Source: Rhizophagus irregularis
Lineage: Eukaryota
DNA length: 64,000 nt
NCBI RefSeq assembly: GCF_026210795.1
Contig: NC_089430.1
Span: forward strand, 1,922,001 to 1,986,000
Direction of reading: 5' to 3'
Within the stretch, counting starts at the first letter, position 1. Every line of letters starts with the position of its first letter. The notes below the pieces were generated by a model, which searched no databases, was not told where the DNA came from, and saw nothing but the letters and a program-made list of their open reading frames with translations. Below, piece by piece: positions 38,101 to 51,029 of the stretch. The translations under genes were made by a program, and so were the position numbers.

Positions 38101-39455
38101 TGTCACGGCCTCACGGGATATTTATTTTTTCTATTTTTATCTTTTAGTTATTTTAGTTATTTTTAGTTATATTACCTGTAGTTGTTTTAATTGTTTATAG
38201 ATTAGATAAAAAGCGGAATCTTAGCGATTTAAAGTGGCTGAATATAAGTGGCTGTATAGACAAATGTGCTCAGATCGCCGGGAGACGATATTGGCCGGGT
38301 GACAATTATGTCCGAAAGACAGAATTGTACCAAGATCCTAACATTATAAAAAGGGACCGTCGTTGATAGTAATAAAAAGTTAGTTTGAATTCGTTTTAGA
38401 AAAAAGTTTAGTTAGGTTTTATTATCAGCGATAATATACGGATATTACAGAGCGTCGATAGAGGCAGTAATATCGTATTTTGTTTCATTGTTGTAACACC
38501 TGAGCCCATAGAGAATTATGTTTGCCACCTCAGGTATTAACAAAATGACTCTTTATTAATAATATAAATAAATACAATAATATGCTTGGTTTAATAACAT
38601 TAAATAATAAAATAAATAATTCATAACAAAATTCGTCCAATTCCTCTCCCAAAAGGTGATCTTCACGCCCTTTTATGTTTGTTTTTGTGTAACTAAATTC
38701 ATAATTTCAATTCATGGATTTAAATTATTAAAGTATTTCCATTGTTTTAAAGTATTTCCATTTATCTTAATTTTGTATCCATTTGATCATCATAAACTCC
38801 TGAATTATGATTTATAATATTAACGTAGTGATCAACAAATTACTCACTTGACATCTCAGATCACTTGATTTCATTCAATTTAGTATCTTTCGGATCTTCA
38901 TTTATCCTTAAATCTCGTGACTAATAGTTTATGGTCATCACGGACCAATTACCTCAATCCATGTGATTATTAGTTTAACGACTTCTCGGTCCAATTAAAA
39001 TAAAAATAAAAATAAGTTAAAATTTTATACACTAAGACTAAATGTAATACTGCGCCTCACAATTAATAAATTTACTAGATATACTACGGCATTACATTGT
39101 TAATAAACCGCCGATCTGTTTCCGTATTGTCCATATACATTTTTTTTACACTGTTTATTATTGTTTATTATCATTCACTATCATTATCATTTATTAACCT
39201 TTGTTGATTTTTGCTATACATCGTTGATTTTTGTATACATCGTATAATTAATTATCTTTGTACACACACCACCCGATCTACCCTCAACATATCACATCAC
39301 TTATTATCGCTTATAATCATTCATTATTGATTATCCATATATACACTTTTACCTTATCGATTGTTATACATCGTTATATTACCTTACTACTAATAAACCG
39401 ATCCTTATTTTTTATTCTGTTACTACCTACCAAACGTCATAAATCGGTGGTAACA
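38101..39455. mobile_element. Solo LTR, outer (about 746 bp net of the nested insertion)
   Basis: Begins TGTCACGG and ends GGTAACA (TG..CA); 4-bp TSD CATA on both sides (38097-38100, 39456-39459). Confidence 0.8.
38492..39096. mobile_element. Solo LTR, inner (605 bp)
   Basis: Begins TGTAACA and ends ATTACA; 4-bp TSD TTGT on both sides (38488-38491, 39097-39100). Confidence 0.8.
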
Positions 39456-39624
39456 CATACAAGTTATAATTAAACCTGTATGTATTTCTTCATTGGCAAA
39501 AAAAAAAAATGTTAACCACGTACAATAATAAACTACCACTTGCTTTCGCTATAATAGATTGTATATTTTTTTCTCAAATAATTTTTGCTCTTATACATTA
39601 CAAATATTAATAAACATCCCAAGT

Positions 39625-40150
39625 TCTTGGAGAGCCCCTGAATACGCTACAATTGTATTAATGAACTTCCGCGGATAAAGGCCACTTCCGTACAAACCAA
39701 TTTTATAAATCCGTACATTAAACTTCAGGCCTTATATTTTATCCGTACACTGAACTTTTTTTTAATAATCATATTTCTGTACACCAAACTTTTTGAAAAT
39801 TCAATTTCTATATAAGGAACTTCACAAAAATTTTTTATATTATTTTGAATATTTGACTATTTTTTTTTTTTTTGGTTTGGACGAATTTGAATTACTTCTC
39901 TTGCCGATATTCATATTTATGATTAAATTAATTGACAAAAAAAACATGATAAAAAGTATATTTATTTGAGTTTTTTACGTCGAACCCGCGGAAGTAAAAA
40001 TTTATTGTAAATTCAATTTTTATTGTAAATCCGTACAAGGCAAATCATTGTTTATTTAAATCCGTACTCTAAACTTCGGCAAACTTTTTATATCCGTACA
40101 ATAGGAACCGCGGAACTTCAACACTAAATTATCAAATCCGTACAATGAGG
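39625..40150. mobile_element. Probable DNA-transposon end with subterminal repeats
   Basis: (aa)atccgtac occurs at least 6 times, ccgcgga 3 times and aactt(c) many times; no ORF. Confidence 0.5.
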
Positions 40151-40199
40151 TTATTTTGTTCTTGCTGTATTTGCTGTATTTTGACGATTTTTTAGTACT

Positions 40200-40925
40200 C
40201 TAGATATCAACATTCATATTTTCCAATAATTTAAAATTTGGCCAAATATTTTTTAATTATAGATGACATTTTTGGTGATTCTGAGGTGCGTGGCTACCAT
40301 TTTTTTATGGTATCGTTTTATGACAACTTAAATATCACATGAATAATTTTTTAATTATATTACCCAGGTAGGTCATCATTTTACATTTAATTCAAAGAAT
40401 GGGAGTCGGTCAGAAACATCACCCGCAAAAAGAAAACACGTTATCATACACTATATAGACGCAATAAGCGCACCGAAATTACCCGCACGATACTGACGGG
40501 ACAACATAATACTGACAGATCATTACCTTCACGGACTCAGGTTTCCCTTACTACCGCCGTACGGGATCCTTTGATGAATCAGTACATATTTGGTGGACTT
40601 CTAGTAATTTTTTACATTCGGGTTCTTGGGAATTACATAGAGATAATTTACTTTTGATAATATAGATTTATTCAATATTTTTTATGATTATACTTTTTTA
40701 GATTTTTAATTTCACGCTTATTCCCTTCTCTTTGGTGGGCCTTGGCGGAGTTCTCAGAACTCCCCGTTTTCCGTTCCATTTTTACCACCAAGGTGACATC
40801 ACCTTAGTAACGGTTTGGTTTTCAGTTTTCGAATTGCTTTCGATTTTGTTTTAAAGTCTTTGTAATTTGTATTGTAACTTCATTCACTTTGTGAAATAAA
40901 AATAAAAAATAAAAAAAAAATAAAT
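40200..40925 (+). mobile_element. 5'-truncated, decayed LINE 3' end
   Basis: Remnant FKEWESVRNITRKKK...HIWWTSSNFLHSGSWELHRDN, then a structured 3' UTR and an A-rich tail (aaataaaataaaaaataaaaaaaaaa). Confidence 0.7.
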
Positions 40926-41379
40926 CTGATTTTACATTTATATTCAGATTTACCATCAAATTGTTTTTTAATATTAAAAAATACATGAAAAAGAATGTTT
41001 ATTGAAATAATTGGATATACAATAATAAATAGTATAATAGAATGAATAAATATTAAAGTATGTGATAAATATAAAATAAAAGAATGCGCGTTACTAACAA
41101 AAAAAAAATAAATAAATAAATAAAAGAAAGAAAAATAGACAACCGGCGAACTGCGATTAGTGCAATATATCCAGAGAGATCAAAAATCCTAACGAAATAT
41201 TTTCTTCTCGATTCCATATCAAAGGCTAGATGATTAGATGTAAATTTATTTATTTTTTTTTAACAAAATTTATGATCTTCTACCGATACTTGTAAAAAAA
41301 TAACGTTTACCGCAGTATAATGAAGTATAACATGAAAATTAATAAGCAAATTATACTGATCCCTCAGCTTAATAGGTTT

Positions 41380-41990
41380 CCTGCTAATAGTCTTTAAGCA
41401 AAATCAATCAGACAACTTTTTAAATGATCAAGCTGGCTTCTTAGCCTCGCAAGATAAACCAATTATGAAACAATAATACACGAGATGACACGATTGTTAT
41501 AAAGTGACTACATATCCCACTTCAGAGCCATTATTTCAATCAATTTTGTCTCAGATTTTTGACAAAGCTCATTACGTTGAACTTAATTAACTGGACCACT
41601 ACGCCATGTAATGCCTTATTCTCTACAACCAAAAAGCGACGTTAGGCGTTCTACATCGTAATTGTACGAACCTTTATCCAAACGACCTCTTATGTCAATC
41701 TTGCATCGATAGAAAGCAATTCACATATTTGGTTTTGCTCATCAAATCATTCGGAACTTTTTGTCCAGCTTACCCAAACAAAAAAGCTCTAAAGTAATTA
41801 ATTCATTTACGGTTTATTACACATTTTCGATATTCCCATTGACACACCACTTTACGTTATAAATTGCTAATGCATGGATTACTAGTTCCTTTTGACCTCA
41901 CGGATATTAATAAATTGCATGTCAACATCGGAAGAACCAATTTTGTAAAATTATGCTTACCATTGTTGGGTATAGATTTAGATGAATCAA
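41380..41990 (+). mobile_element. Decayed LINE fragment (RNase H end + Cys/His region)
   Basis: SDNFLNDQAGFLA resembles an RNase H C-terminus. ATLGVLHRNCTNLYPNDLLCQSC..ESNSHIWFC parallels PTIEQM..DLY..WMCPIC..ETFNHVWTC in the 45.9 kb LINE. Confidence 0.65.
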
Positions 41991-42387
41991 TAAGCTAGAG
42001 TTACTAGACATTATGTAATAAGGTTGCGCGTCTTTCCATAAAAAATATTATTTTGCCTAAAATACTTGATATTTTATTTTTACTCTAAATATATTGAACA
42101 AATTTTACATCAAAGAAAATATTCATTGAATCCTATTTTTGAATAAGCGAATATAAAATATAATTTAAAGTCGCAGGAATGCACACAACGATATCATGAT
42201 ACAATAGTGCTGCGGTTTAAAATTCTATTGCAAAAAAAGTATTCATAAAAACATTAATCATTGACTGATCTAAAAAGTCTCAAATATATAAATATAAAAT
42301 CGAAAAGAAAAATAATAAGAAATTTCCAAATTTTCAAATAAATTAAAAATTTTGACAAGTCGTAAGCAAGCTATTTAACCCTGAGTT

Positions 42388-43461
42388 TTACACAATAGTA
42401 GAAAAGGTCGCATAATGATCAGGAGAATAATAGATGCAACCAGATTCTTGCATTTGTTCCACATGAAAAGATGATACATCTGATGATGATAGATCGCTCT
42501 CGCTGGTAGGTGAATTGAAAATATATTTATTGTAATCATTATCTATGTAGCCAATTGTAGTTGGAAAGTAATACATAGAACGATGTGATTGAATCAATGC
42601 ATTAACATCATGATCGTAAGAAGTATTGTATGTGTCAAATTGATCCATTGATAAGTCATTATTTGGATAATACATTTTGTTGGTAGGGTATTGATAAGAA
42701 TCATTAATCATGGTTTCAAGAGAGTTGAAGTGAGTGTTGTATGACGGAATTGCTTGGATATTTTGTGTTGTTGTAATCGAATCATCTATTGTATACGAAT
42801 TTCCATCAGAATGGAATTTTTCTTGCGAAGGAATTCTTAAATGGACTTGAGGATAAAAATAATTCAATTCTGAATACATAGTCGTCCATGCTGGAGTAGT
42901 TGGTGAAGAAGATGAAGGTAAATTATTTAAAGCAGGATTAAACGAATTATTTAGATTTTGATAAGCTTTTTTTTGAAGTGTGTTAGTTTTATTCTTTGTA
43001 ATACGAGATTTACTTCGATTTGGTTTATAAATATAACCCGGATTAAGTTCACCGTGTTCAAATTTTGCTATTTGTGAAAGTTCGGTAAATAATTCGTCAA
43101 TTTCCAGATTGCATTTTTTCCAAACTTCGTTTGCAAGGCCGGACACGGTGGGAACCTGAAGCTTTGAGGAATTGATAGCCGCTAGAAGCATAGTACGAAA
43201 GATGATAAATTTATTGGGAGGTCGTGCAGGCTTATTAGGTTGCGTTTTGGATTTCTTATTAAAGAAACGATCTTTTATTTCTTGTGTAGTAGGTACAGGA
43301 AAATCGAACTTTGTACCATCGTTCAAGCTTACAATCATTAAACAACGATTATTTATTCGTGAAAAGTCAAGAGTCACATTGTCAACTTTATCGGGAGCCA
43401 ATTTCTTTTCATAGTGACTTGGGTTAGTATCTTGGTTATTTTTCGATTTATATTGCGACAT
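42388..43461 (-). CDS. MATA-type HMG-box transcription factor, intronless, 357 aa
   Basis: PARPPNKFIIFR...VSGLANEVWK...FTELSQIAKFEHGELNPGYIYKP; Ser/Asn/Tyr-rich C-terminal tail. Confidence 0.88.
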   Translation of the reverse strand: MSQYKSKNNQDTNPSHYEKKLAPDKVDNVTLDFSRINNRCLMIVSLNDGTKFDFPVPTTQEIKDRFFNKKSKTQPNKPARPPNKFIIFRTMLLAAINSSKLQVPTVSGLANEVWKKCNLEIDELFTELSQIAKFEHGELNPGYIYKPNRSKSRITKNKTNTLQKKAYQNLNNSFNPALNNLPSSSSPTTPAWTTMYSELNYFYPQVHLRIPSQEKFHSDGNSYTIDDSITTTQNIQAIPSYNTHFNSLETMINDSYQYPTNKMYYPNNDLSMDQFDTYNTSYDHDVNALIQSHRSMYYFPTTIGYIDNDYNKYIFNSPTSESDLSSSDVSSFHVEQMQESGCIYYSPDHYATFSTIV

Positions 43462-43708
43462 GATAAAAAAAAAATTAATTCTGCGTTTGTGAATGTATGA
43501 TTTGTGTGAAAAAAAATGAGATATATATATAAAGTATTACATTTGATGAATCGAAATTATTCTTTTATTCACTTGCTATAACATAAAGATTCTGGTGTAA
43601 CACACTTTTTTTTTAAGTGTAACAATTTCTTCAAGACAATAGCATCTTTTTCTTACTAAAATACGTTTCTTCGATGGCGAGATTATCCACACTACAGGCA
43701 TTTTATTA

Positions 43709-43872
43709 TCCTATAAAAAATTTTATCCGTTATTTCTGTAAAAACTCCGTAAAAATGAGCCTTTCATGGATCCATTCAAAATAATTCGATAAATTCCGTG
43801 ATATAAAGTTATTAATTCCGGAAATATGAGTCTTTTACGGAAAAAAGATGGAATATAAAAAAAGTTTTACAA
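43709..43872. mobile_element. MITE copy (inverted, partial) of the 60667-60854 family
   Basis: Reverse complement aligns along most of 60667-60854 (cctataaaaaattttatccgttatttctgtaaaaac...ttaattccggaaatatgag). Confidence 0.85.
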
Positions 43873-44389
43873 TGATGTATTTAATCAAATATATTCGTAA
43901 ATTAAAATTTGGATACTGCACAGCGAACATTTTCTGATTTCATAAGAGATAATGAATAATGTGCGCTCCGCGCGTACAATAATAATTTGAATTTTCCTAA
44001 TTATAATCGGAAATCAAGAATTTATGCCAGCCCCACAACTATATTAAGTTAATTCAACATGCATTCATTGTTGTGATTCGCATATTCGGAAAATAAGATA
44101 TTTTTCTTAATTGAAATTGATGCGTTATCTTTTAATCTTCCATTAACTAAATAATGTATTATATAAGACGATATAAGACGCAAGATGGAAATTAAAATAA
44201 TTAGGATTCTATTTATTTATTTATCTTATTTCGTTGTTTTATTTTATTTTATTTTATTTATTTGGAGTGTGTAAATTATTCTTTAGGTTTAGTTGGTTTA
44301 TAATGGCGATTAACGAAATTGCACGAATAAAATCTACCCAATTCAGCCACTTGCGAAATAAAAATATCACATATAGATATAATCATTAT

Positions 44390-44560
44390 AGCCCTGTTCT
44401 GATCCGATTTTAGTGAAATTAATTTTAGCCAATTAAAAAATGGCATAAATTCCGTTTATTTATTTATTTTTTTTTAATCCATGTTAATCCGATTTTTGAA
44501 TGAATTTTGATCAGCGCAAAAATCGGATCATAACGGAACAGAATAGAATTGAACTGGGCT
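44390..44560. mobile_element. MITE with 8-9 bp TSD
   Basis: TIRs agccctgttc / gaactgggct; flanks aatcattat / aatcattac; internal gatccgattt / aaatcggatc inverted pair. Confidence 0.7.
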
Positions 44561-44863
44561 AATCATTACCCACTATGCCAAAAAAGATAGCTTATTGGGT
44601 TTATTTATGTGAAGCACGATCTTGGGGATAAGGGAGGCGCGTCGTCAAAAAAAATTATACATATATGTATGTAATGTATGTATGTATGTATATGTGTAAT
44701 TGTGTATGCATTGCATAAAAATGTAACATAAATTTAATCTATTTATTGTTATCTTATCTATTCCGATTCCTTATCTAATCTTAATCTTTTTTTTCATGTC
44801 CATTTTTTTTATATTCACAGTATTTTAATCTTTTTTTGTATATGTATAAAAAAAGGTTATAAT

Positions 44864-45255
44864 TAGTGACGCCGACTTTAATTTCAAATTGATTTAACAT
44901 TTTTGATTTAGTTTATCTAGTTGTTTCAATTGTTAAAAGCTATAATAAAGTTAAAATGTTAGTTTGTTAAAACTTTGTTTAGTTGAAATTTTACTTTGTA
45001 TACAATACGTATCTGATAACAATACAATCCAAAATTGTTTTCATTATAGAATAATAACAAAATGCAGAAATTTTTAATAACGTTTGTTTTTTGCAAAAAA
45101 GTGGATTACGTTTTATACTGAGAGATACGTCTAGATACGTTTAGAGAGATACTAAACGTATCTAGACGTATCTCTCAGAATACAAAACGTATCTACTTTT
45201 TTATAGGGCTTTGATTATAATTCTCATAAAACTATCAGTTAAATCGGCATCACTA
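44864..45255. mobile_element. hAT-like MITE containing a nested foldback element
   Basis: TIRs tagtgacgccgact / atcggcatcacta; 8-bp TSD gttataat / gttaaaat. The same end motif recurs near 59262-59278. Confidence 0.75.
45118..45178. repeat. Perfect 27-bp inverted repeat with 7-nt loop
   Basis: ctgagagatacgtctagatacgtttag-agagata-ctaaacgtatctagacgtatctctcag; imperfect pairing extends out to about 45095-45207. Confidence 0.95.
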
Positions 45256-45856
45256 GTTAAAATCATTCCTCTTTTGGTCTTTGAATACGGACAAACGATT
45301 CCTATTTGAACGATCATTTTATTTCTGCGTTAACAGATTAATAATTCCGTCTACACTAGAGCTAACTCTGAATGCATTCCTGAACAGTACATTAAAATTT
45401 TATTTTTTTTATTTATCTGTTATTATTATTGATAGTAGAAGATTCCTTATTTATAAATTCATAAACATTTACATTATTATAATGTAGAATTACACTAACC
45501 GGCAAAAAGTCAGAGATACAATATTTATTACGAAAATATACTTCTAACTATATAACAGATAAAGTTTTTATTTTAATTATTAGCTCACTTTTTTGTGTAA
45601 TAAGAAAGAGTTGAATTGCACTTACTCTAAAAAATTACATGAACATCTGATTAAATTGATAATTTGTTAATAAATTAAGTTTTCAAAAATATTTTATGCA
45701 CGCCCTATTCATTTCTTGATCGCAATCAGCAATTTTGGTGTTCACCCTGGCTAACAATGAAATGATCGACAAGTTATATTCATTTGACGATCATCATCAA
45801 AATTAGTTAAAATTCGGCTGACTACAATTAATTCTGTTTAGGAAAATTAAAAGATC

Positions 45857-48800
45857 GGGATATTTACCGAAACAATGGAAAGAAGCGACGGTCTTTCCTA
45901 TTGCTAAACCTAAACCCTTTAATTGTGAATTATCAAATTCTCGCCCTATTACTCTTTTAGAAACCACTCGAAAAGCACTTATTTCCTTGCTAAATCGTCG
46001 TTTAGCAATTATTTTGAAAGATAATAACGTATTAAAGGCAAATCAATTCGCTGGTCTGCCTAAACAATCAACATTTGAACCGATAAGGATTATGAATGAA
46101 GTTATTCAAGATTCAATCGATAATAATAATGAATTATGGATACTCTCTCAGGATATGGGAAAGGCTTATGATTGTGTGAACATTTTTCAACTCAAAAGAG
46201 CGATGGATAGAATTAAAATTCCTAACGATTTTTCGTCCCTCATTTTAGAACTTTTTAAAGATAGAAAAAATCAAGTAATCACTGCATATGGAAAAACTGC
46301 ACCTTATGATGTTCTTACAGGAATTGATCAAGGAGAAGTAATTTCACCGTTGCTTTGGTGTATTTATTACGATCCTCTTTTAGCAGAAATTGATAAACAA
46401 CAATTGGGATATAATATTTCTTGTATATCAAAATCAGTTGTTCAAGAAGAAGGTGTTCTTAATCAACAAAATGTTTCCATTATGGCGTATATGGATGATA
46501 CTCAATGGATTACTGATGATAAATCAAAATTGGAAAAGATGTTATACATCGCTGATACATTTTATCGTCTTAACGATATTCAAATCAACAAAGAAAAGTC
46601 TGAGCTCATGATGAGGACTACAACTGAGAAGCGTAAATATTCTCATAACTATAATGATAAAATCTCAATCAAGTTTGGTCGTGAAGAAATTAATATTAAA
46701 GCCAAACATCCACACGAATCTATGCGTATCCTGGGAGTATATTTCAATATTGAACATGATGGAAATTATTTGATGTTCAAGATCAAGAATGAAATAGACC
46801 ATTTAGTTAATCTTATGTACAAGAAGAAGATTACTGATAAACATATTTTATATATATTTAATAGAATTATCGTTCCAAGAGTTGAATACTGGTCGCAAGT
46901 TATGGCTTTATCAAAAACTCAAACAGAATCTTTAATTATTCCTTTTAGAAGGATGTTTAAAAACAAATTAAAATTCGCTCGTTCAGCACCTAACGCTATA
47001 CTTGATAACCCTTATATATATAGATATAGAGATTTTTACGACAATCAACTTCAAGCCAAAATTACTGATTTTTGTATTCAACTTAACGACTATGGTCTAT
47101 TAGGAAAAATTACTGAAATTCATTTAAAATCCTTACAGGATCAATTATGGACATCACGCCCATTAATAGAAAAACTTCCATATAATCGTGTTCCGCATAC
47201 ACGAAAAAATAATTATATTCTTAATATGCTTTTATTATGCTATGATAATAATATTTCGTTAGAAAATTTAGATAATAATACTTTTCCATCAATTAAAGGA
47301 GGTAAAATTCCTTTGGAAGACGTGGTAGATAATGCATATTATTCTAAACATAGGAAGAGACTTCGTGAAAAGAATATTTTATTTTTAGATCAAATTATTT
47401 CAGGTGATAAATCTCGTTTATTGTTATAGAAAGAAATACTTATTAAGGCTTATATTCCTATTTTTTCACAACGGAAAGAAACTAAATGGTATTCAGATAT
47501 TAGAAATTTAATTACTTCAGATGGTGTTCATTTGAATCATAATATAACACAATTATTTGGCGCTCGTGTTGACAATGTGGAAGAGGCTCGATCATATAAT
47601 ATTACTAAAAAAAATAGATCTTTAATAGCAGTTTATAATTCACAATTTAACTCCGTAGTGATTGGAAAAATTCAAGGAATAGATGAAACACAACGACCTG
47701 TTATTAAACATTTTCATATTGATATGTCTAGATGTACTGATACACATACTTATATATATCAATGTATGGAATATGGATGTGCTGCTAATGCATCATTATC
47801 AACACGATCACCTTGTACATTTTCTGCTGACTGGGAATGTTTAGTACCATTGTTAACAGACTCTCAATTTGCTCCTAGTCAACTTACAAATTTAATAGAA
47901 TTTAATATTTTTGATATTTTTGATTTTGCAAAAAAGAAATATGATATTATACATCAAGCGTTAACGCAAAATCACGTGATTTCACCACAAGTGCAAGATA
48001 ATATAATTTTAGATTTATTAGATTTTTCAATCTCAAGAAATGACTTGTTAACTATACAACGCACATTAGCTCCTTTTGACAACAACAATTATTATATTTT
48101 TGAATTTTACACCGATGGATCATTAATAGAATTAGGTACTGAACAATGTAGTATTAGTTGCGCGTTCGCTCAGATTAGTGATTTATTTGATATACCTCAT
48201 GTCGAATTTTATTCTACTATTGATAAATGGCCTTCTGCGTATAGAGGAGAATTATTAGCTATCCTTTTAGCATTAAGCGTTGTTCCAAAAAATAGCAAAG
48301 TTAGAATTAATACAGATTCGCTTAACGTAATTACACAATTTGAAAAATTAAAGAAATCAAGATTTTCTCAAACTTCACGAGAATACTTCAAGGCTAATAA
48401 CAATTTCTTATGGGCTATTTTATGTAGAATTATATTAACTTTGAACTTGCATGTGGAAATGTTTAAGGTTGTTGCTCATGGTGATGATATGGGTAATAAT
48501 TATGTAGATAATTTGGCGAAAATTGCACATACTGATCAAGATCGCTATATAGTTTTTAGACGAGACGCTTGTCTGATGAAAGTTCTTCCTTGTTGGAATG
48601 GTATTATTATTGAAAATAAGCTGCGTTCATTTTTGAAAAATTTATGCAACTACAAAGGATTAGAAAAATTTATTAATCTGAATAGAAATTCTAAATATCG
48701 CACGTTAGAAGTTAACTGGACATCCACATTTAGTTGTTTAAATTGTGACATAAATAACAATGAAACTTCTGTTTCTTCTTCTAAAACGAAAGCTCAAAAA

Positions 48801-49736
48801 GTTCACTTGTTAATTGAAGAAATTCCTACAATTGAACAGATGAAGAAATCTTTGCTTGACTTATATGATGGTTGGATGTGCCCTATATGTGGATTGTATG
48901 ATGAAACCTTTAATCACGTATGGACGTGTAGTGGTCATTATGATATCATTAACAACATTAGAGATAAAACTATTGATCATCTCTTGACTTGGATATTAGA
49001 ATATAACGATAATATACAAGATTTCAATGCTCTTATGGCGCTTGATATATGGGATATATCATATGATCCTAACGTGTTTACTTTTATTGACATTATTAAA
49101 GGAATTATACCTATGTCACTTTCGGATTTGTTGAATTCTTGGACTACAAAGAAAAATGTTGCTGATGTTTTGATTCAAATGAGACAGTTTATTTTCAATG
49201 AAATCTTTGAAGAGGTTTGGATTCCACGGTGTTCGCACTTGAAGGAATTTGAACGTTCGTTAGGGTTGACTAAAAAGAAAAAATTAAAGTTTAAAAGCGT
49301 TCGTTCATTACCTAATAATAATAGTAGTAATAATAATATTATTCATTATGATTCTTTAGATAGTGTTAGAAATTACATTTATTTTGGCAAAAATATAATA
49401 GAATTTTATACTAATCTTACTTCGTAGCGCCATCGTAGATTTTAGTAGTTGATTTATATAATTTTATAGGGTCAATTTTACTTTCTTCTGCAGGGCGGGC
49501 TTCAACTTACCAAGTTTCGGCTAGTGTATGGGAGGTAGTGGGTTAATTAAAGAAATGGTTTTTAGGTGTAGTTGGTTATATCTTTAATAGTTTCGTGTTT
49601 AATTGCCCCACCGTCGAAGTAGATTCTTCTGATAGTTTAGTTCTTTTTTTATTTTACTTTTTCATTTTTGATATGTTTATAAAAAATTTGTATTCGCTAA
49701 CTATTACTGTTAAATAAAAATAAAAATAAAAATAAA
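45857..49736 (+). mobile_element. 5'-truncated non-LTR retrotransposon (LINE): RT, RNase H, Cys/His motif
   Basis: RT motifs RPITLLE, QDMGKAYD, GIDQGEVISPLLW, YMDD and ILGV. RNase H motifs YTDGS, GEL, TDS and AH...N..VD. CPIC...HVWTC. (TAAAAA)n tail. 16-bp TSD ggaaaattaaaagatc (45841-45856, 49737-49752). One in-frame TAG at 47427-47429. Confidence 0.95.
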
Positions 49737-51029
49737 GGAAAATTAAAAGATCATAATTTTGTGTGTAACTTACTATTAGACAGTGCAAACAATTTTATTT
49801 AAAAAATATGAAACATAATCAAATGATTTTTGGTGTTATGATACACCTAAATATTGTACTGTATAATTATCTTGGCAATCAATTTCACTTATTATGACAT
49901 TATGACATAAATGGAAGAAAAAACTTTATTTAAAGCATATTTCTACAACGATTATTATAATTTATAAATGATTTTTTTGTTGGATAGTATATCTTCGAGA
50001 GAAATAGGAAATTTCTCCAGGTTTCAGCATTTTCGGAACAACCAAAACTGAAAATGGTGAAACGTTTCGCCAATCGCAAAACAGTTTCGTTTGAAACATT
50101 AATGCAGCAGGCGCACTGATGGCATTCCAACAATGCGAAGTATTTGGTTTACATGGAATTCTTTTAAAAGGTTAATTTCATTTCAAATTTTAATATTCTA
50201 TCTCTTGTACTCATAAATTGTAACAAAGTTAATTATTATTGAATTTATATTATGATTAATGCTGTAGTATAATTTTTTTTAATGTTATTACTTATTATTA
50301 TAAATAAATCGTAAATTATTATTTATGTGATTTTCAAATTCTTCAAGCGTTATTAGATTTTGATTATGAAGTTGAATATGTTCTAACTTGGCATATAAGC
50401 CTTTATCTTTATTAAATTTGAATTGAAGTTATAAATATAATATAATATAAAGAAACAGTACAAATGAAGTAAACAAAATTAAAGCTATATAGTCTTCGAA
50501 AAAGATTTCAAATATCTAGTCTATCACGTGATTAACTAATAGCCAATAAAAACTCATTATTTTGTAAGAAAAGTAGACACAAGCGTGGATATGAAAGGAA
50601 ATTGGCAAAAAAAGAACCTGAAGTTGCAGCGGATTGAATTCAAATTGTGAGATGAATTTCGATACAAAATATTGGCGGATAAATTGCATTTACGTGATTT
50701 TTCTTTGTTTCCGATCATCTAAAAATGAAAAATCACCTAATTTTAAACGCTTATTCCGTCGTTATGTTAAAAAAAAAACGCTTATAAATTCTTATGTAGA
50801 CATTTTTGAAAATCTCTCCGGTAATTTAATAATATTCATCTTGAAGAATAAAGTTACCAGTTATTTTCTTTAGAATTTTATTTTTTTAGTGTTGGAAAGA
50901 TTTATAAATATCCTCAATTTTATTGTCATTTATAGACTTCTTTTTTATTTTATATCTTGAATGAAAATGGTATCAGTAATAACTACAAAGAGACTTTATA
51001 CAAGAATCGAATAGTACCAAAAAAACTGA

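Noticed and set aside
42388..43461. Mating-type locus
   Set aside because: An HMG box alone is insufficient in a lineage with many copies, and no expected flanking genes are present.
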